From contig JBGGMJ010000179.1 in NCBI GenBank assembly GCA_041288095.1, positions 1-19,508 on the forward strand: DNA of 19,508 nt, in the 5' to 3' direction. The stretch comes from Myxococcota bacterium (GTDB taxonomy: Bacteria > Myxococcota > XYA12-FULL-58-9 > JALHOP01). Position 1 is the first letter of the stretch, and every line of letters begins with the position of its first letter. Both the position numbers and the translations under genes were made by a program. Shown in pieces: positions 6,588 to 15,593 of the stretch. The notes under the pieces were generated by a model. The model was not told where the DNA came from and searched no databases. It saw only the letters and a list, made by a program, of their open reading frames with translations.

Positions 6588-8195
6588 ATGCTTGACCGGG
6601 CCCTCCCCCACAAAACGTTACTAGCCTCACTACTCGCAACAACCTTTATCCTTGCCGCATGTGGCACGGAGGACGACCGCCCCGCGGTGACGTTCGGTGT
6701 CCTCATCGATCAGACTGGCAACAATGCGGAGTTTTCGTGGATCTCCGTCGCCGAGCTGGCGGTGCTGCAGATGAACGAGGCCCTCCAAGCGGAAGGTGGC
6801 TACAAGAACTTCCGCTTCGCCCTGAACGTGCAGAACTCGGAGAACGACGTCGCCGGCGGCTACGACAGCCGGGCGATGGGTCGCTTGCGCGACATCGCCG
6901 CGAGCGGAGCCTTCGGGTCGATCGTCGACACGACGCAGGTCTCCGAGGAGTCCAACAAACCGATCAACGGTCCGGCGCTCGGATTGGTCATGCAGTGCAG
7001 CAGCTGCACCGGCGGTAGCTTCTTGAATGCTACGTCGACGGTCGCGGACAACCCCGACCTACAGGCGTCCCGCCGCAACGCCGACCACTGGATGCAACGC
7101 ACCATCATGAACACGGGCTCGCTGGCGATCGTCGTGGCGCAGATGATCTACGGCATGCCGAACCATGGCGACCTGAATGGTGACGGCATCATCAAGCTCG
7201 CTGCGTTCGCCTCCGACGAGAGCTTCGGCCAGTCGACGAGTCTCGCCGCGATCACGGAGCTCAAGAAGAAGTTCACCGCTCAGGAGCTCATCGACAAAGT
7301 GCGCTTCGAGCGCGTCTTGCACGTCAACGCGAACGACCTCCGCGAGATTCCGTTCGCTGCTCACCTCGAACAGCTGAACAACTCGACGAATGAGAACATG
7401 CCGCCGTCCAGCGCTACGTTCGGCGCGACGAACATCAATGCTCACCTCTTCGGTACCGCGTTCGAGAGCCAGGTAACGGACGGCGCTCCGGACTTGATTG
7501 CCGAGGCCACCTTCGCCCGCAACGGCGTCCAGTTCGTCACCGACTTCAAGACCCAGTATCCCGGCTCGTCCACGAAGATCATTCACTTCCACACCTTCCG
7601 CTTCAGCTCGAACCTCCTACCGTTGGGTGAGCTAGCCGAAGGCGAGTTCGGCGCCTCGCACGCCATCATCGATGGTGAACCTGGCGAGATGTTCAAAGCG
7701 GCATTCAAGGAGCAATACGGCTTGCTCCCGGTCTATCGCGACTCGATCTACTACGACAACGCGGTGACCATGATGCTTGCGACCCTCATTGCGTTGTCGC
7801 CTGGGCACCCGGGCTACAACCCGGACCTGCCGGCGACCGGGATTACCGGAGCGATGGTGAAAGAAGTCTTCCCCTGCACGAGCACCAACGCGGCGCGGCT
7901 GATCACGACGCGCCCCGAGTTGGTCTGCCCCGAAGGGGCTCCCGAGCCGATTGTTCCCAGCGTCGACGGCTTCCGCCTCGCCGTGCGGACTATCGCCGCC
8001 GGCCTGCCCATCGAGTACACCGGCGCTTCGGGTCCAATCGACTACGACGCGCTTGGCAACGTGAAGGGCAAGGTCGCCAGCTATCAGGTCGTCAACGGCA
8101 CCTACGAAGACACCGCGCTCTTCGACTGCATCGCGTCGGCGACCTGCGCCTGCACTGAGGGCATCGTCAACGAGTGTCCGGACCAGACGCCCTAG
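6588..8195 (+). CDS. Type I periplasmic-binding-fold lipoprotein (LivJ/Peripla_BP_6-like solute-binding protein)
   Basis: Lipobox LAA-C25; motifs FGVLIDQTG, AELAVLQMN, YYDNAVTMMLA and YTGASGPIDYDALGNV are typical of branched-chain-amino-acid-type binding proteins. Confidence 0.82.
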   Translation: MLDRALPHKTLLASLLATTFILAACGTEDDRPAVTFGVLIDQTGNNAEFSWISVAELAVLQMNEALQAEGGYKNFRFALNVQNSENDVAGGYDSRAMGRLRDIAASGAFGSIVDTTQVSEESNKPINGPALGLVMQCSSCTGGSFLNATSTVADNPDLQASRRNADHWMQRTIMNTGSLAIVVAQMIYGMPNHGDLNGDGIIKLAAFASDESFGQSTSLAAITELKKKFTAQELIDKVRFERVLHVNANDLREIPFAAHLEQLNNSTNENMPPSSATFGATNINAHLFGTAFESQVTDGAPDLIAEATFARNGVQFVTDFKTQYPGSSTKIIHFHTFRFSSNLLPLGELAEGEFGASHAIIDGEPGEMFKAAFKEQYGLLPVYRDSIYYDNAVTMMLATLIALSPGHPGYNPDLPATGITGAMVKEVFPCTSTNAARLITTRPELVCPEGAPEPIVPSVDGFRLAVRTIAAGLPIEYTGASGPIDYDALGNVKGKVASYQVVNGTYEDTALFDCIASATCACTEGIVNECPDQTP

Positions 8196-8593
8196 TCGCC
8201 GGGATTGCGGCGAGCGTCTTTTTTCGCGGAGTGATGGCGTTTGTCGGCCAGCATGCGCTGCTTCGAGCGCTTGCTGCGCTTGCGCTTCTGGCGGCGGATC
8301 TTTTCGATCCGCTGCTCCTCGGCGCTCTCCTTGCCGATGCGAATGCGTTCGATGCGCTCGAGGAGGATGCGGCGCGCGAGGAACCGGTTCATCGACTGGG
8401 AACGGCTCTCCTGCGCCTTCACCTCGATGCCGCTCGGGATGTGCTTCAAGTACACGGCGCTGGAGGTCTTGTTGACCTTTTGCCCTCCTGGACCGCTGGC
8501 GCGGACGAACTTCTCCAGGAGATCGGCCTCGAGGATGCCGTTCGCGGCCATACGCGCGGCAAGCGCGGCTTCGGTTTCGGGTAACACCGGCAT
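8192..8593 (-). CDS. Short GGQ peptide chain release factor-like protein (ArfB/C12orf65-like)
   Basis: FVRASGPGGQKVNKTSSAVYLKHIPSGI, ESRSQSMNR and a highly basic C-terminal tail; no codon-recognition domains. Confidence 0.9.
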   Translation of the reverse strand: MPVLPETEAALAARMAANGILEADLLEKFVRASGPGGQKVNKTSSAVYLKHIPSGIEVKAQESRSQSMNRFLARRILLERIERIRIGKESAEEQRIEKIRRQKRKRSKRSKQRMLADKRHHSAKKDARRNPGD

Positions 8594-8611
8594 GGAGCTT
8601 GGCTACACGAG

Positions 8612-11600
8612 CTAACCGAGGTTCGTCGAGAGGCCATCGCGGAGAACGCGGGCCTGCCGCTCCGCTTCCTTGAGCTCGGCCTTGGCACACCGCGTCTCGC
8701 CGTCGACCAGGAGATGCATGCCGAGTGAAGTCTCGCCCTGCCTCACGGCGCAGGCGCCGAGCCGCACCAGGATCTGCGCAAGACCAATGGCGTCACCGAG
8801 CTCGCGCGCCAGGGTCGCGGCGCGGCTCAAGGCGTCCCGCGCCGGGCCATAGTCGCCGCTCTCCATGAGGACGGTGCCGAGGGTCAACAGATTGTGCTCC
8901 TCGAGCATCGGCCGGCTCGAGCCACGCGCCAGGCGCAGTCCCATCTGCGCGTGCAGGAGAGCTTGCGGCAGGTCGCCCGCGAGGGTGGCGCAACGCGCGA
9001 GGCCGGCGGTCGCTTGCGCGCGAAGCACGATGTACTCACGGTGCGCTTTCGAGCCGCGCACGCGCTCGTAGATCTCCTTGGCCTTGTCGAGATCGCCCTT
9101 CACCAGCCAAGCGCCGGCGTGCACCAGGGCGATGCGGGCCAGCCGGTAGGTATCCTCCTCGGCGAGCTCGAGCGCCTTGTTCACCCACTGCACCGCGAGC
9201 TTCACATCGCCGGCCGCGACCGCCATGACCGCCAGGGCGTGGGAGGCGTCGGCGCGCAGGACCTGATCCGTCGCGTTGCGCGCTACTTGCGAGAGCTCGC
9301 GGCGGGCGCGAACCGGCTTCCCCGAGATACGCGCCGTCTCGCCGAGCCAATAGCCCAGCATGTCGTATTCGTTCGCCTCGAGCTCCTTTGGCCCAATGAT
9401 GCCCATGGCACGGGACGCGCGACGGGCCTTGCGGATGTTACCCATGCGGACGTTGGCGACGAGGCGCAGCAAGGTCATCCGCGCCAGCGTCCGGTTCCCC
9501 GGGCGCTCGTGCTCGCGCAGGCCGGTGCAGACGCGTTCCCAAGCCTCGACGAACTGAGCGCACTCGCGATTCATGCTGGCGTTCTCGGCGCCGCGCGCCG
9601 CCCGCTCGTAGTGCGTGGCCGCTATCGCGAGCTGACCGGCTCGCTCGCGGTGGTGCGCGAGGCTCGCGTCGGTGCGTGCTTCGTGGGTTGGCGGCAAGCG
9701 GTCGAGGGCGTCGGCGATGCGGGCGTGCAGCCGCCGGCGCTCGGCCTCCGGCACCGTCTGGTAGGCGACAGCCCGCGTCAGGTCGTCGCGAAACACGTAC
9801 GAGAAGTCACCGTCGGTCGTGAGCACACGCTCGCTCTCGAGCGAGGTCAACGCCGCGTCGACGCTCTCACCGTCCATACCGTGTCGAGCCACCGTGTCGA
9901 TGAGCGTGCGGTCGAAGCGTCGACCCATGGCGGCGGCGACGCGCAACACGCGCCGCGTCGTCTCACCCAAGGTCGCGAAGCGCGCCAGCGTCACGTGCGC
10001 GAGCGACTGCGGCACCAAGTCGTGCAGAGCATCGACGCTGGGATGCGCGGCAACCTCTCCGGCGCGCACCGTGAGGAGCTCGCGCTCGCTCAAGAAACGC
10101 AGCAGCTCGACGACGTGCCGCGGATTGCCGCTGGTCCGCTGCCAGACGAAGATGGCGAGGTCCTCGTCGACGCGCTCGGCGTTGCGCTCGTGGCGCACCA
10201 TTTCGGTGACGTCCTCCATGGCGAGCGGCCCGAGCATGAGCTCAACGTCGGCGGTTCGCCGCAGATCATCGAGCAACGGATCGGGCCGATAGGTGCCGAC
10301 GCACATGAAAGGCCACTCGCGGCCGAGAGTCGACAGCCGACACATGAGGCGCAGCGTGAGCGTGTCGGCGTGGTGCACGTCTTCGACGATGTAGAGCAGC
10401 GGTTGCCGCCGTACCCGCTCGCCGATGAACTGGACGATGCTGCTGACGACGCGCTCTTGGGCGTGTGGGTCAGCGAGGTCGACCGCCGCCTCGGTGCTCC
10501 CGTCCGGTTGACGCACCGGCTGCAGGAGCGCCACCAGCTCCGGCGCCCGCCCGTCGAGCCCGTAAGTCGAAAGCGCCGCGCGAATGCGCTCGCGGCGCTC
10601 GCTCTCGTCACGCAGACCCGTTAGCCCGAGCGTCGTCTCGAAGATGCGGGTGACGGGGGCGAGAGGAATGGCGCGCGTCGCGTAGCGGCAGCGACCGACC
10701 ACCGACGTGCCGCCCTTGGCGGCCCAGCGGTCGATGAGCTTCGTCAGCATGGTGCTCTTGCCGAGCCCCGCTTCACCGCAGATGCCGACCACCAGGCCGC
10801 GTCCCGCGGCGGCGTCCTCGACGACGCCGATGATCTGCGCGCGTTCGCTGTCGCGGCCGGCCATGAAGCGCTCTTTGCCGCGCTGCTTGGCGAGGTGCGT
10901 GACGCCTTCGGAGGGCCCATGCACGACGACGGTACGGATGGGCTCACGCTTGCCCTTCACCGTGACCGGCGCGCGCTCGCTCATGCGCAGCTCGGCCCCG
11001 ATGGCCTTGCCAATCTCCTCGGTGGCCACGACCTCGAACGGCTCGGCCATACTGCAACAACGGGCGGCAACATTGACGGTATCGCCGACCACGGTGATGT
11101 CATGTTTGCTGTCGCTGCCGATGGCGCCGAAGTAGACGCGGCCGCCGTGCACGCCGGTGCGCATCTGCACCTTACCGCCGTAGGGCAAGGTGAGCTGGCG
11201 GACGCGACTTGCGGCCTCGATGGACGCGAGCAAGGCTTTCTCGGCGTCGTTCTCGGACGGCTCGTGCAGCCCGAACAAGACCATGATGCGGTGGCCATTG
11301 GGTGTCACGTCCGCTTTGGCGACCACTCCCGCGTGCCGGCGGTAGGCCCGCAACATCGAGCGCGACATCTGTTCGATGCCTTCGACGTTGGCGTTGCGCT
11401 CCTCGACGCCGGTGACCTCGCTGAAGACGACGACGACGTGCCGCATCTCGCCTTCGATGCGCCAACCCGAGGGGGTGGTGCGCAGGCGTAGCGCCAGCGG
11501 CTGGGGCACGAACGGCTCGAGCAAGCGGATCTTGCGCGGCGCCGCTTCGGGGGGGCCGAGGTTCAAGGCGGGCGCTGTCTGCGTTGGCGGCCACGTGCGC

Positions 11601-12265
11601 AGCCCTCGCAGCACCGCGCGGTCGTCCTTACGCTCCACCAGCTCGGCCGCGGCGCCCAAGAGCTCGGCCGTCGACGCGTCGATGCTGATGCTGCCAGGCT
11701 CCGTATAGGCCTGCAGAGCCAACGCCCGATGGGCGGCCCTCCCCGCGCAAACCACGATGCGGCGCGTGAGGTCACCGAGCACCGGCACGTCGATGCGCCC
11801 CGACGCCATGCCGATGCGCAGCTTCATGTTGTTCGCTTGCTCGACCGCGGTGCGCCCGACCTCGCCGTGCATCAGGCGCTGGGCACCGAGCGCTGCCGCC
11901 GCGGCTCGCTCGGCGTGGCCTGGTCCGTCGAAGAAGACGGTGATCGAGTCACCACCGAACTGAGCGACGGACCCGCCATAGAGCGACAGCGCCTGGTCGA
12001 TGATCGCGGCGAAGAACCGGTCGAGGATGACCGACAACCGGCTCAAGCCCTCGGGGCCGGCATCCGCCAAAAACTCGCACAAGCGCGTGAAGCCGACGAG
12101 GTCGGCGAAGAGCACCGTCCCATCGAAGACCGCGTGGCGAACCGCCTGCTCGCTCGGATCCAGCAGCACGGCGCGGGCGATGTGATGCGGCACCGCGCGT
12201 ACGAGGGCATCGAGATACTCGATGGCCTCCGCACCTTCCGGCCCGTGGAGCGCCTTCGCGGTCAT
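8612..12265 (-). CDS. Class III adenylate cyclase with tandem cyclase domains, STAND NTPase and TPR-like region (soluble AC-like)
   Basis: C1 motifs FADLVGFT and FGGD; C2 motif ITVVGDTVNVAAR; Walker A GEAGLGKS; Walker B YIVEDVHHAD; RTSGNP; Ala/Leu-rich helical repeats at the C-terminus; no clear TM segment. Confidence 0.9.
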   Translation of the reverse strand: MTAKALHGPEGAEAIEYLDALVRAVPHHIARAVLLDPSEQAVRHAVFDGTVLFADLVGFTRLCEFLADAGPEGLSRLSVILDRFFAAIIDQALSLYGGSVAQFGGDSITVFFDGPGHAERAAAAALGAQRLMHGEVGRTAVEQANNMKLRIGMASGRIDVPVLGDLTRRIVVCAGRAAHRALALQAYTEPGSISIDASTAELLGAAAELVERKDDRAVLRGLRTWPPTQTAPALNLGPPEAAPRKIRLLEPFVPQPLALRLRTTPSGWRIEGEMRHVVVVFSEVTGVEERNANVEGIEQMSRSMLRAYRRHAGVVAKADVTPNGHRIMVLFGLHEPSENDAEKALLASIEAASRVRQLTLPYGGKVQMRTGVHGGRVYFGAIGSDSKHDITVVGDTVNVAARCCSMAEPFEVVATEEIGKAIGAELRMSERAPVTVKGKREPIRTVVVHGPSEGVTHLAKQRGKERFMAGRDSERAQIIGVVEDAAAGRGLVVGICGEAGLGKSTMLTKLIDRWAAKGGTSVVGRCRYATRAIPLAPVTRIFETTLGLTGLRDESERRERIRAALSTYGLDGRAPELVALLQPVRQPDGSTEAAVDLADPHAQERVVSSIVQFIGERVRRQPLLYIVEDVHHADTLTLRLMCRLSTLGREWPFMCVGTYRPDPLLDDLRRTADVELMLGPLAMEDVTEMVRHERNAERVDEDLAIFVWQRTSGNPRHVVELLRFLSERELLTVRAGEVAAHPSVDALHDLVPQSLAHVTLARFATLGETTRRVLRVAAAMGRRFDRTLIDTVARHGMDGESVDAALTSLESERVLTTDGDFSYVFRDDLTRAVAYQTVPEAERRRLHARIADALDRLPPTHEARTDASLAHHRERAGQLAIAATHYERAARGAENASMNRECAQFVEAWERVCTGLREHERPGNRTLARMTLLRLVANVRMGNIRKARRASRAMGIIGPKELEANEYDMLGYWLGETARISGKPVRARRELSQVARNATDQVLRADASHALAVMAVAAGDVKLAVQWVNKALELAEEDTYRLARIALVHAGAWLVKGDLDKAKEIYERVRGSKAHREYIVLRAQATAGLARCATLAGDLPQALLHAQMGLRLARGSSRPMLEEHNLLTLGTVLMESGDYGPARDALSRAATLARELGDAIGLAQILVRLGACAVRQGETSLGMHLLVDGETRCAKAELKEAERQARVLRDGLSTNLG

Positions 12266-12287
12266 TCGCTCCGCTAGTGTACCCTCT

Positions 12288-13145
12288 TTAGTGAACCGTC
12301 GCGGGCGTCTTTTCGCCCGCGGTGACCGCTACGGCGAGTCGATTGCCCGCCGGCGGCAGCGGACAGGTCGCATAGGCCGTGAAGGCGCAAGGTGGGCTCT
12401 CGGCCAGGTTGAAGTCGAGGGTCGCCCGGCTGGCCTTGGGCTTCTCCACGTAGAGGAACCGGCCGGCGCCGTAGCTCTCCTTGCCGCTGGTCTTGTCGGC
12501 GAAGACGATCATCAGCATCTCGCCGTCGTCGAAGGCCTCCAGGGCGATGTCGCGGCCGTCGTGGTGGAAGCGGAACTTGCCGGGCACGTCGTGCTCTTCC
12601 TCGACGCCCACCATGGTCGGGACCTTGACCCGCTTGGGTGAAGCGTAGGGCTCGAAGGTCGCGTCGACGCGCCAAGCCGGATCGTTGGGAAAGTAATCGA
12701 GGCCGGCGAACTTGGCGCGGACCGGGCTCTTGGCGTCCTTGATGCGCACGCCCAACCGCCCGCCGCGCTCGATGACGTAGAAGGTGACGCTGCCTTGCGT
12801 GAGCTTCGTCGGCTTGCCACCGGCGTCGCTGACCAGGTCGAGGTCGGTCACCGGCTTGCCGTCGTGCATCACGCCGCCGCTCGGGTGAACGCTAAAGTGT
12901 ACAATCTTCCCGTCGAGCCTCAAGGTGCCGATGTGCTCGGCGGCGTTCGGGCTCTTGACCACGATGGTATTGTCGGCGGCCCGGCCGATGCTCTGCTGAC
13001 CCTGGGACAGCCACGACAAGCCAACGAGGGAGAGCCAGCCGTCTTCGGCCTTGAGCTTCGAAACACGCTCGGCGCGCGCCTTGTCCATCATCGACGCTTC
13101 TTTTACGGGAGCGACCGCTGTAGCGGCCACGAGCACAAGCATCAT
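12288..13145 (-). CDS. DUF1684 domain-containing exported protein
   Basis: Signal-like N-terminus; GWLSLVGL, FADKTSGKESYGAGRFL and LDFNLAESPPCAFTAYATCPLPP..N.L...VTAGEK. Confidence 0.88.
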   Translation of the reverse strand: MMLVLVAATAVAPVKEASMMDKARAERVSKLKAEDGWLSLVGLSWLSQGQQSIGRAADNTIVVKSPNAAEHIGTLRLDGKIVHFSVHPSGGVMHDGKPVTDLDLVSDAGGKPTKLTQGSVTFYVIERGGRLGVRIKDAKSPVRAKFAGLDYFPNDPAWRVDATFEPYASPKRVKVPTMVGVEEEHDVPGKFRFHHDGRDIALEAFDDGEMLMIVFADKTSGKESYGAGRFLYVEKPKASRATLDFNLAESPPCAFTAYATCPLPPAGNRLAVAVTAGEKTPATVH

Positions 13146-14065
13146 ATCCGTCGTCTCCGAAACATCAGAACCAAGAGGAACCAGGTCAGCGCGACGAGCA
13201 GCGCCGGAATGATGCCGCTGATCAGATCACGTCCCAGCCACACCGTCGGCTCACCCACGCGGCGGGACAAAAATCCAAAGCCCCGCAGCGCAAAAACCCA
13301 TCCGGCGTGCAGCCCGATAGCAAAAGCCAACGATTTTGTCTGCACCACGGTGTAGGCGAGCGTCGCCCCGACCAGGAAATACGTGGGCAAGCTGCCGATC
13401 AGCAGCACCGGCTCACCGAACTGCCAGAAGTGCGCGGGGACGAGCGCAAGTCCGCTCCACCAATGAATTTCTTCGACCTGTGGCGCGACCAGCGGCGCCC
13501 GGACGAAGTGCAGGACGGCGAAGACCAGCGAGACGATCACCAGTGCCTTCGGCCACGGCTGCGACCGGCGAACCAAACCGAAGATGATGCCGCGGAACGT
13601 CCATTCCTCGATGACGGCGACGGTGATGCCCGTGGCGGCGGCCTCCAGCAGCCGGTGCCAGGGCAAGGGGTCGCGCCAAGTGGCGAAGCCCAACGCCACG
13701 AGCAAGACGCCGACCAGCGCCAGCCCCAAGGCGCCCTTGGCGAGCCCGAGGCCAAAGCGAATGGCCCAGCGCGGATCGCGTTCGAGCCCCAGCTCGGCTC
13801 GGCTCGAGATGCCGAGCCACTTGACCAGCGGCCAGATGAGCGCGAGCGCCACGACCAGCATGGCGCGCGTCACATACTTGGGAAACTTGAAGCCCGCTAA
13901 AGCGTCAGGAAGAAAGCCGACGCGTAGGCCCCACTGCGCGGCGTAGTACAGCGGCGGCGCGAGTAACGCACCGCCGATGACCACGGTCACGACGAAGGCG
14001 ACGAGCTTCAACGCCGGATGAAGTCCGGGTCGAGTCGCGCTCGCCTCCGTGAGAGTACTGCTCAC
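13142..14065 (-). CDS. CPBP-family (Abi/CAAX) intramembrane glutamic endopeptidase
   Basis: EEWTFRG, FAVLH and AIGLHAGW motifs; many TM helices; GTG start overlapping the aldolase stop. Confidence 0.88.
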   Translation of the reverse strand: MSSTLTEASATRPGLHPALKLVAFVVTVVIGGALLAPPLYYAAQWGLRVGFLPDALAGFKFPKYVTRAMLVVALALIWPLVKWLGISSRAELGLERDPRWAIRFGLGLAKGALGLALVGVLLVALGFATWRDPLPWHRLLEAAATGITVAVIEEWTFRGIIFGLVRRSQPWPKALVIVSLVFAVLHFVRAPLVAPQVEEIHWWSGLALVPAHFWQFGEPVLLIGSLPTYFLVGATLAYTVVQTKSLAFAIGLHAGWVFALRGFGFLSRRVGEPTVWLGRDLISGIIPALLVALTWFLLVLMFRRRRI

Positions 14066-14985
14066 GCGTTCTTGAACGTATCCATGACGTTGACGAGCAG
14101 CTTCACGGCGTCGTTGTGCTGACGCTGGAACGCATTGCGGCCCATGATCGAGCCGAAGGCACCGCCCTTGGCGAGCTCCTTCACGTCGTTCATGACGGCA
14201 GCGTCGTCCTTGGTCTCGCCGCCCGAGAAGATGACGATGCGGCGGCCGTTGAAGCAGCTCTGCACGACGTGGCGCGTCCGCTCGGCGAGCGTCCCGATCG
14301 GGATCTTCTGCTCCTCGTACACCTTCTTGGCTTCCTTGAGCTCGAGGTGCGCGGTCGGCGGCTTCACCTTCACGATGTGCGCGCCGAGCTGGCAGGAAAC
14401 GTGCGCCGCGTAAGCCACGACGTCGACGGCGGTCTCGCCTTCCTTCGACATGGTCGAGCCGCGGGGATATGCCCAGAGCACCGTCGGGAGGCCGGCGTCA
14501 CGCGCCTCGGCGATGAGCTCCTTGATCTCCTGGTACTGCTCTTTGCGCTCCGACGAGCCGGGGTAAATCGTGAACCCGATGGCGGTCGCGCCGATGCGCA
14601 GCGCGTCCTTCACCGAGCCGGTCAGCGCCGAGATCGGGTTCTCACCCTTGAACATGACGTCCGAGTTGTTGAGCTTGAGGATGAGCGGCACCTCGCCGGC
14701 GTACTCGTAAGCGCCGGTCTCGAGCGCGCCGAGCGGCGCGGCGTGCGCGGCGCAGCCCGACTCGATGGCGAGGCGGAAGTGATAGCGCGGGTCGTAACCT
14801 TCGGCGTTCTTGGCGAAAGAGCGCGCCGGGCCATGCTCGAAGCCCTGGTCGACGGGCAGGATCACCATCTTGCCGGTGCCGGCGAGGCGGCCGAAATTCA
14901 TGAGGCGGTGCAAGTTCGCGAGAACGCCCGCGGGTTGGCCGTTGTACCAGCTGAGGATTTCGCGGACGCGGTCGGTCGTAGCCAT
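14062..14985 (-). CDS. fbaB: Class I fructose-bisphosphate aldolase (DhnA/FbaB type)
   Basis: ILPVDQGFEHGP, FTIYPGS, WAYPRG, Schiff-base region GAHIVKVK, FSGG and GRNAFQR; GGAGGG Shine-Dalgarno upstream. Confidence 0.93.
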   Translation of the reverse strand: MATTDRVREILSWYNGQPAGVLANLHRLMNFGRLAGTGKMVILPVDQGFEHGPARSFAKNAEGYDPRYHFRLAIESGCAAHAAPLGALETGAYEYAGEVPLILKLNNSDVMFKGENPISALTGSVKDALRIGATAIGFTIYPGSSERKEQYQEIKELIAEARDAGLPTVLWAYPRGSTMSKEGETAVDVVAYAAHVSCQLGAHIVKVKPPTAHLELKEAKKVYEEQKIPIGTLAERTRHVVQSCFNGRRIVIFSGGETKDDAAVMNDVKELAKGGAFGSIMGRNAFQRQHNDAVKLLVNVMDTFKNA

Positions 14986-15063
14986 CAGATTCCCTCCATT
15001 GCGGTCAGTTCGAGTTGCCGCGGTGAGATGTCACGCCGGAGGAAAAAGGGCAACCGCCCGGGC

Positions 15064-15522
15064 CTACCGCCCGCGCGGGTAGAACCTGCGAATAGCCTCA
15101 CGCACGTGGGTGATGGTCGACAGGTGCGGATCGATGGGCAGGCCCAACCGGAACTGCAGATTATCGAACGCGGTCAGATTCGTCGGGTCCGCCATGGCGA
15201 GCTGCAAGCGGCGACTCGCGCCCCGCTGCTCGATGGCGATGGGCAGGACGAGCTCGCGCTCGGCGAGGTTACGATCGATGGTGGCGAGCACGTCCCGCGC
15301 GATGGACTTGACGCGTGTCAGATCGACGGCCGGTAGGCGCAGCTTGCGCGACAAAGCGTCGAGGATCTGCTCCTCGCTCGCGAGCTCGAGCATGATGAGG
15401 GTCTCACCGAGCTTGTACTTGCCGGGATGACGCTGCTGGTAATCGAGCGCGGTTTGGAGCGTGCGCCGGGTGAGCACACCAGCTTCGAGCAACAAGTCCC
15501 CGAGCTTTAGTGTCGGTGCCAT
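15064..15522 (-). CDS. Stand-alone MshEN/GspE N-terminal domain protein (putative c-di-GMP receptor)
   Basis: Tandem motifs KLGDLLLEAGVLTRRTLQTALDYQ and KLGETLIMLELASEEQILDALSRK, then VLPI...LAMADP; ends without an ATPase domain. Confidence 0.85.
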   Translation of the reverse strand: MAPTLKLGDLLLEAGVLTRRTLQTALDYQQRHPGKYKLGETLIMLELASEEQILDALSRKLRLPAVDLTRVKSIARDVLATIDRNLAERELVLPIAIEQRGASRRLQLAMADPTNLTAFDNLQFRLGLPIDPHLSTITHVREAIRRFYPRGR

Positions 15523-15593
15523 GCCTTTCGCTGATGGTACTCCGATGCCGAGAGGATTGCGACAGGGGCCTTCGCCTTGTAAGGCGTCGCTCG

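Noticed and set aside
8894..10624. 576-aa plus-strand ORF
   Set aside because: Antisense shadow of the cyclase gene.
6588..12265. Binding protein plus cyclase as a split natriuretic-receptor-like pair
   Set aside because: The genes are convergent and separated by another gene, and the cyclase has no TM segment or visible transducer.
14116..15336. 406-aa plus-strand ORF
   Set aside because: Antisense shadow across the aldolase and MshEN genes.
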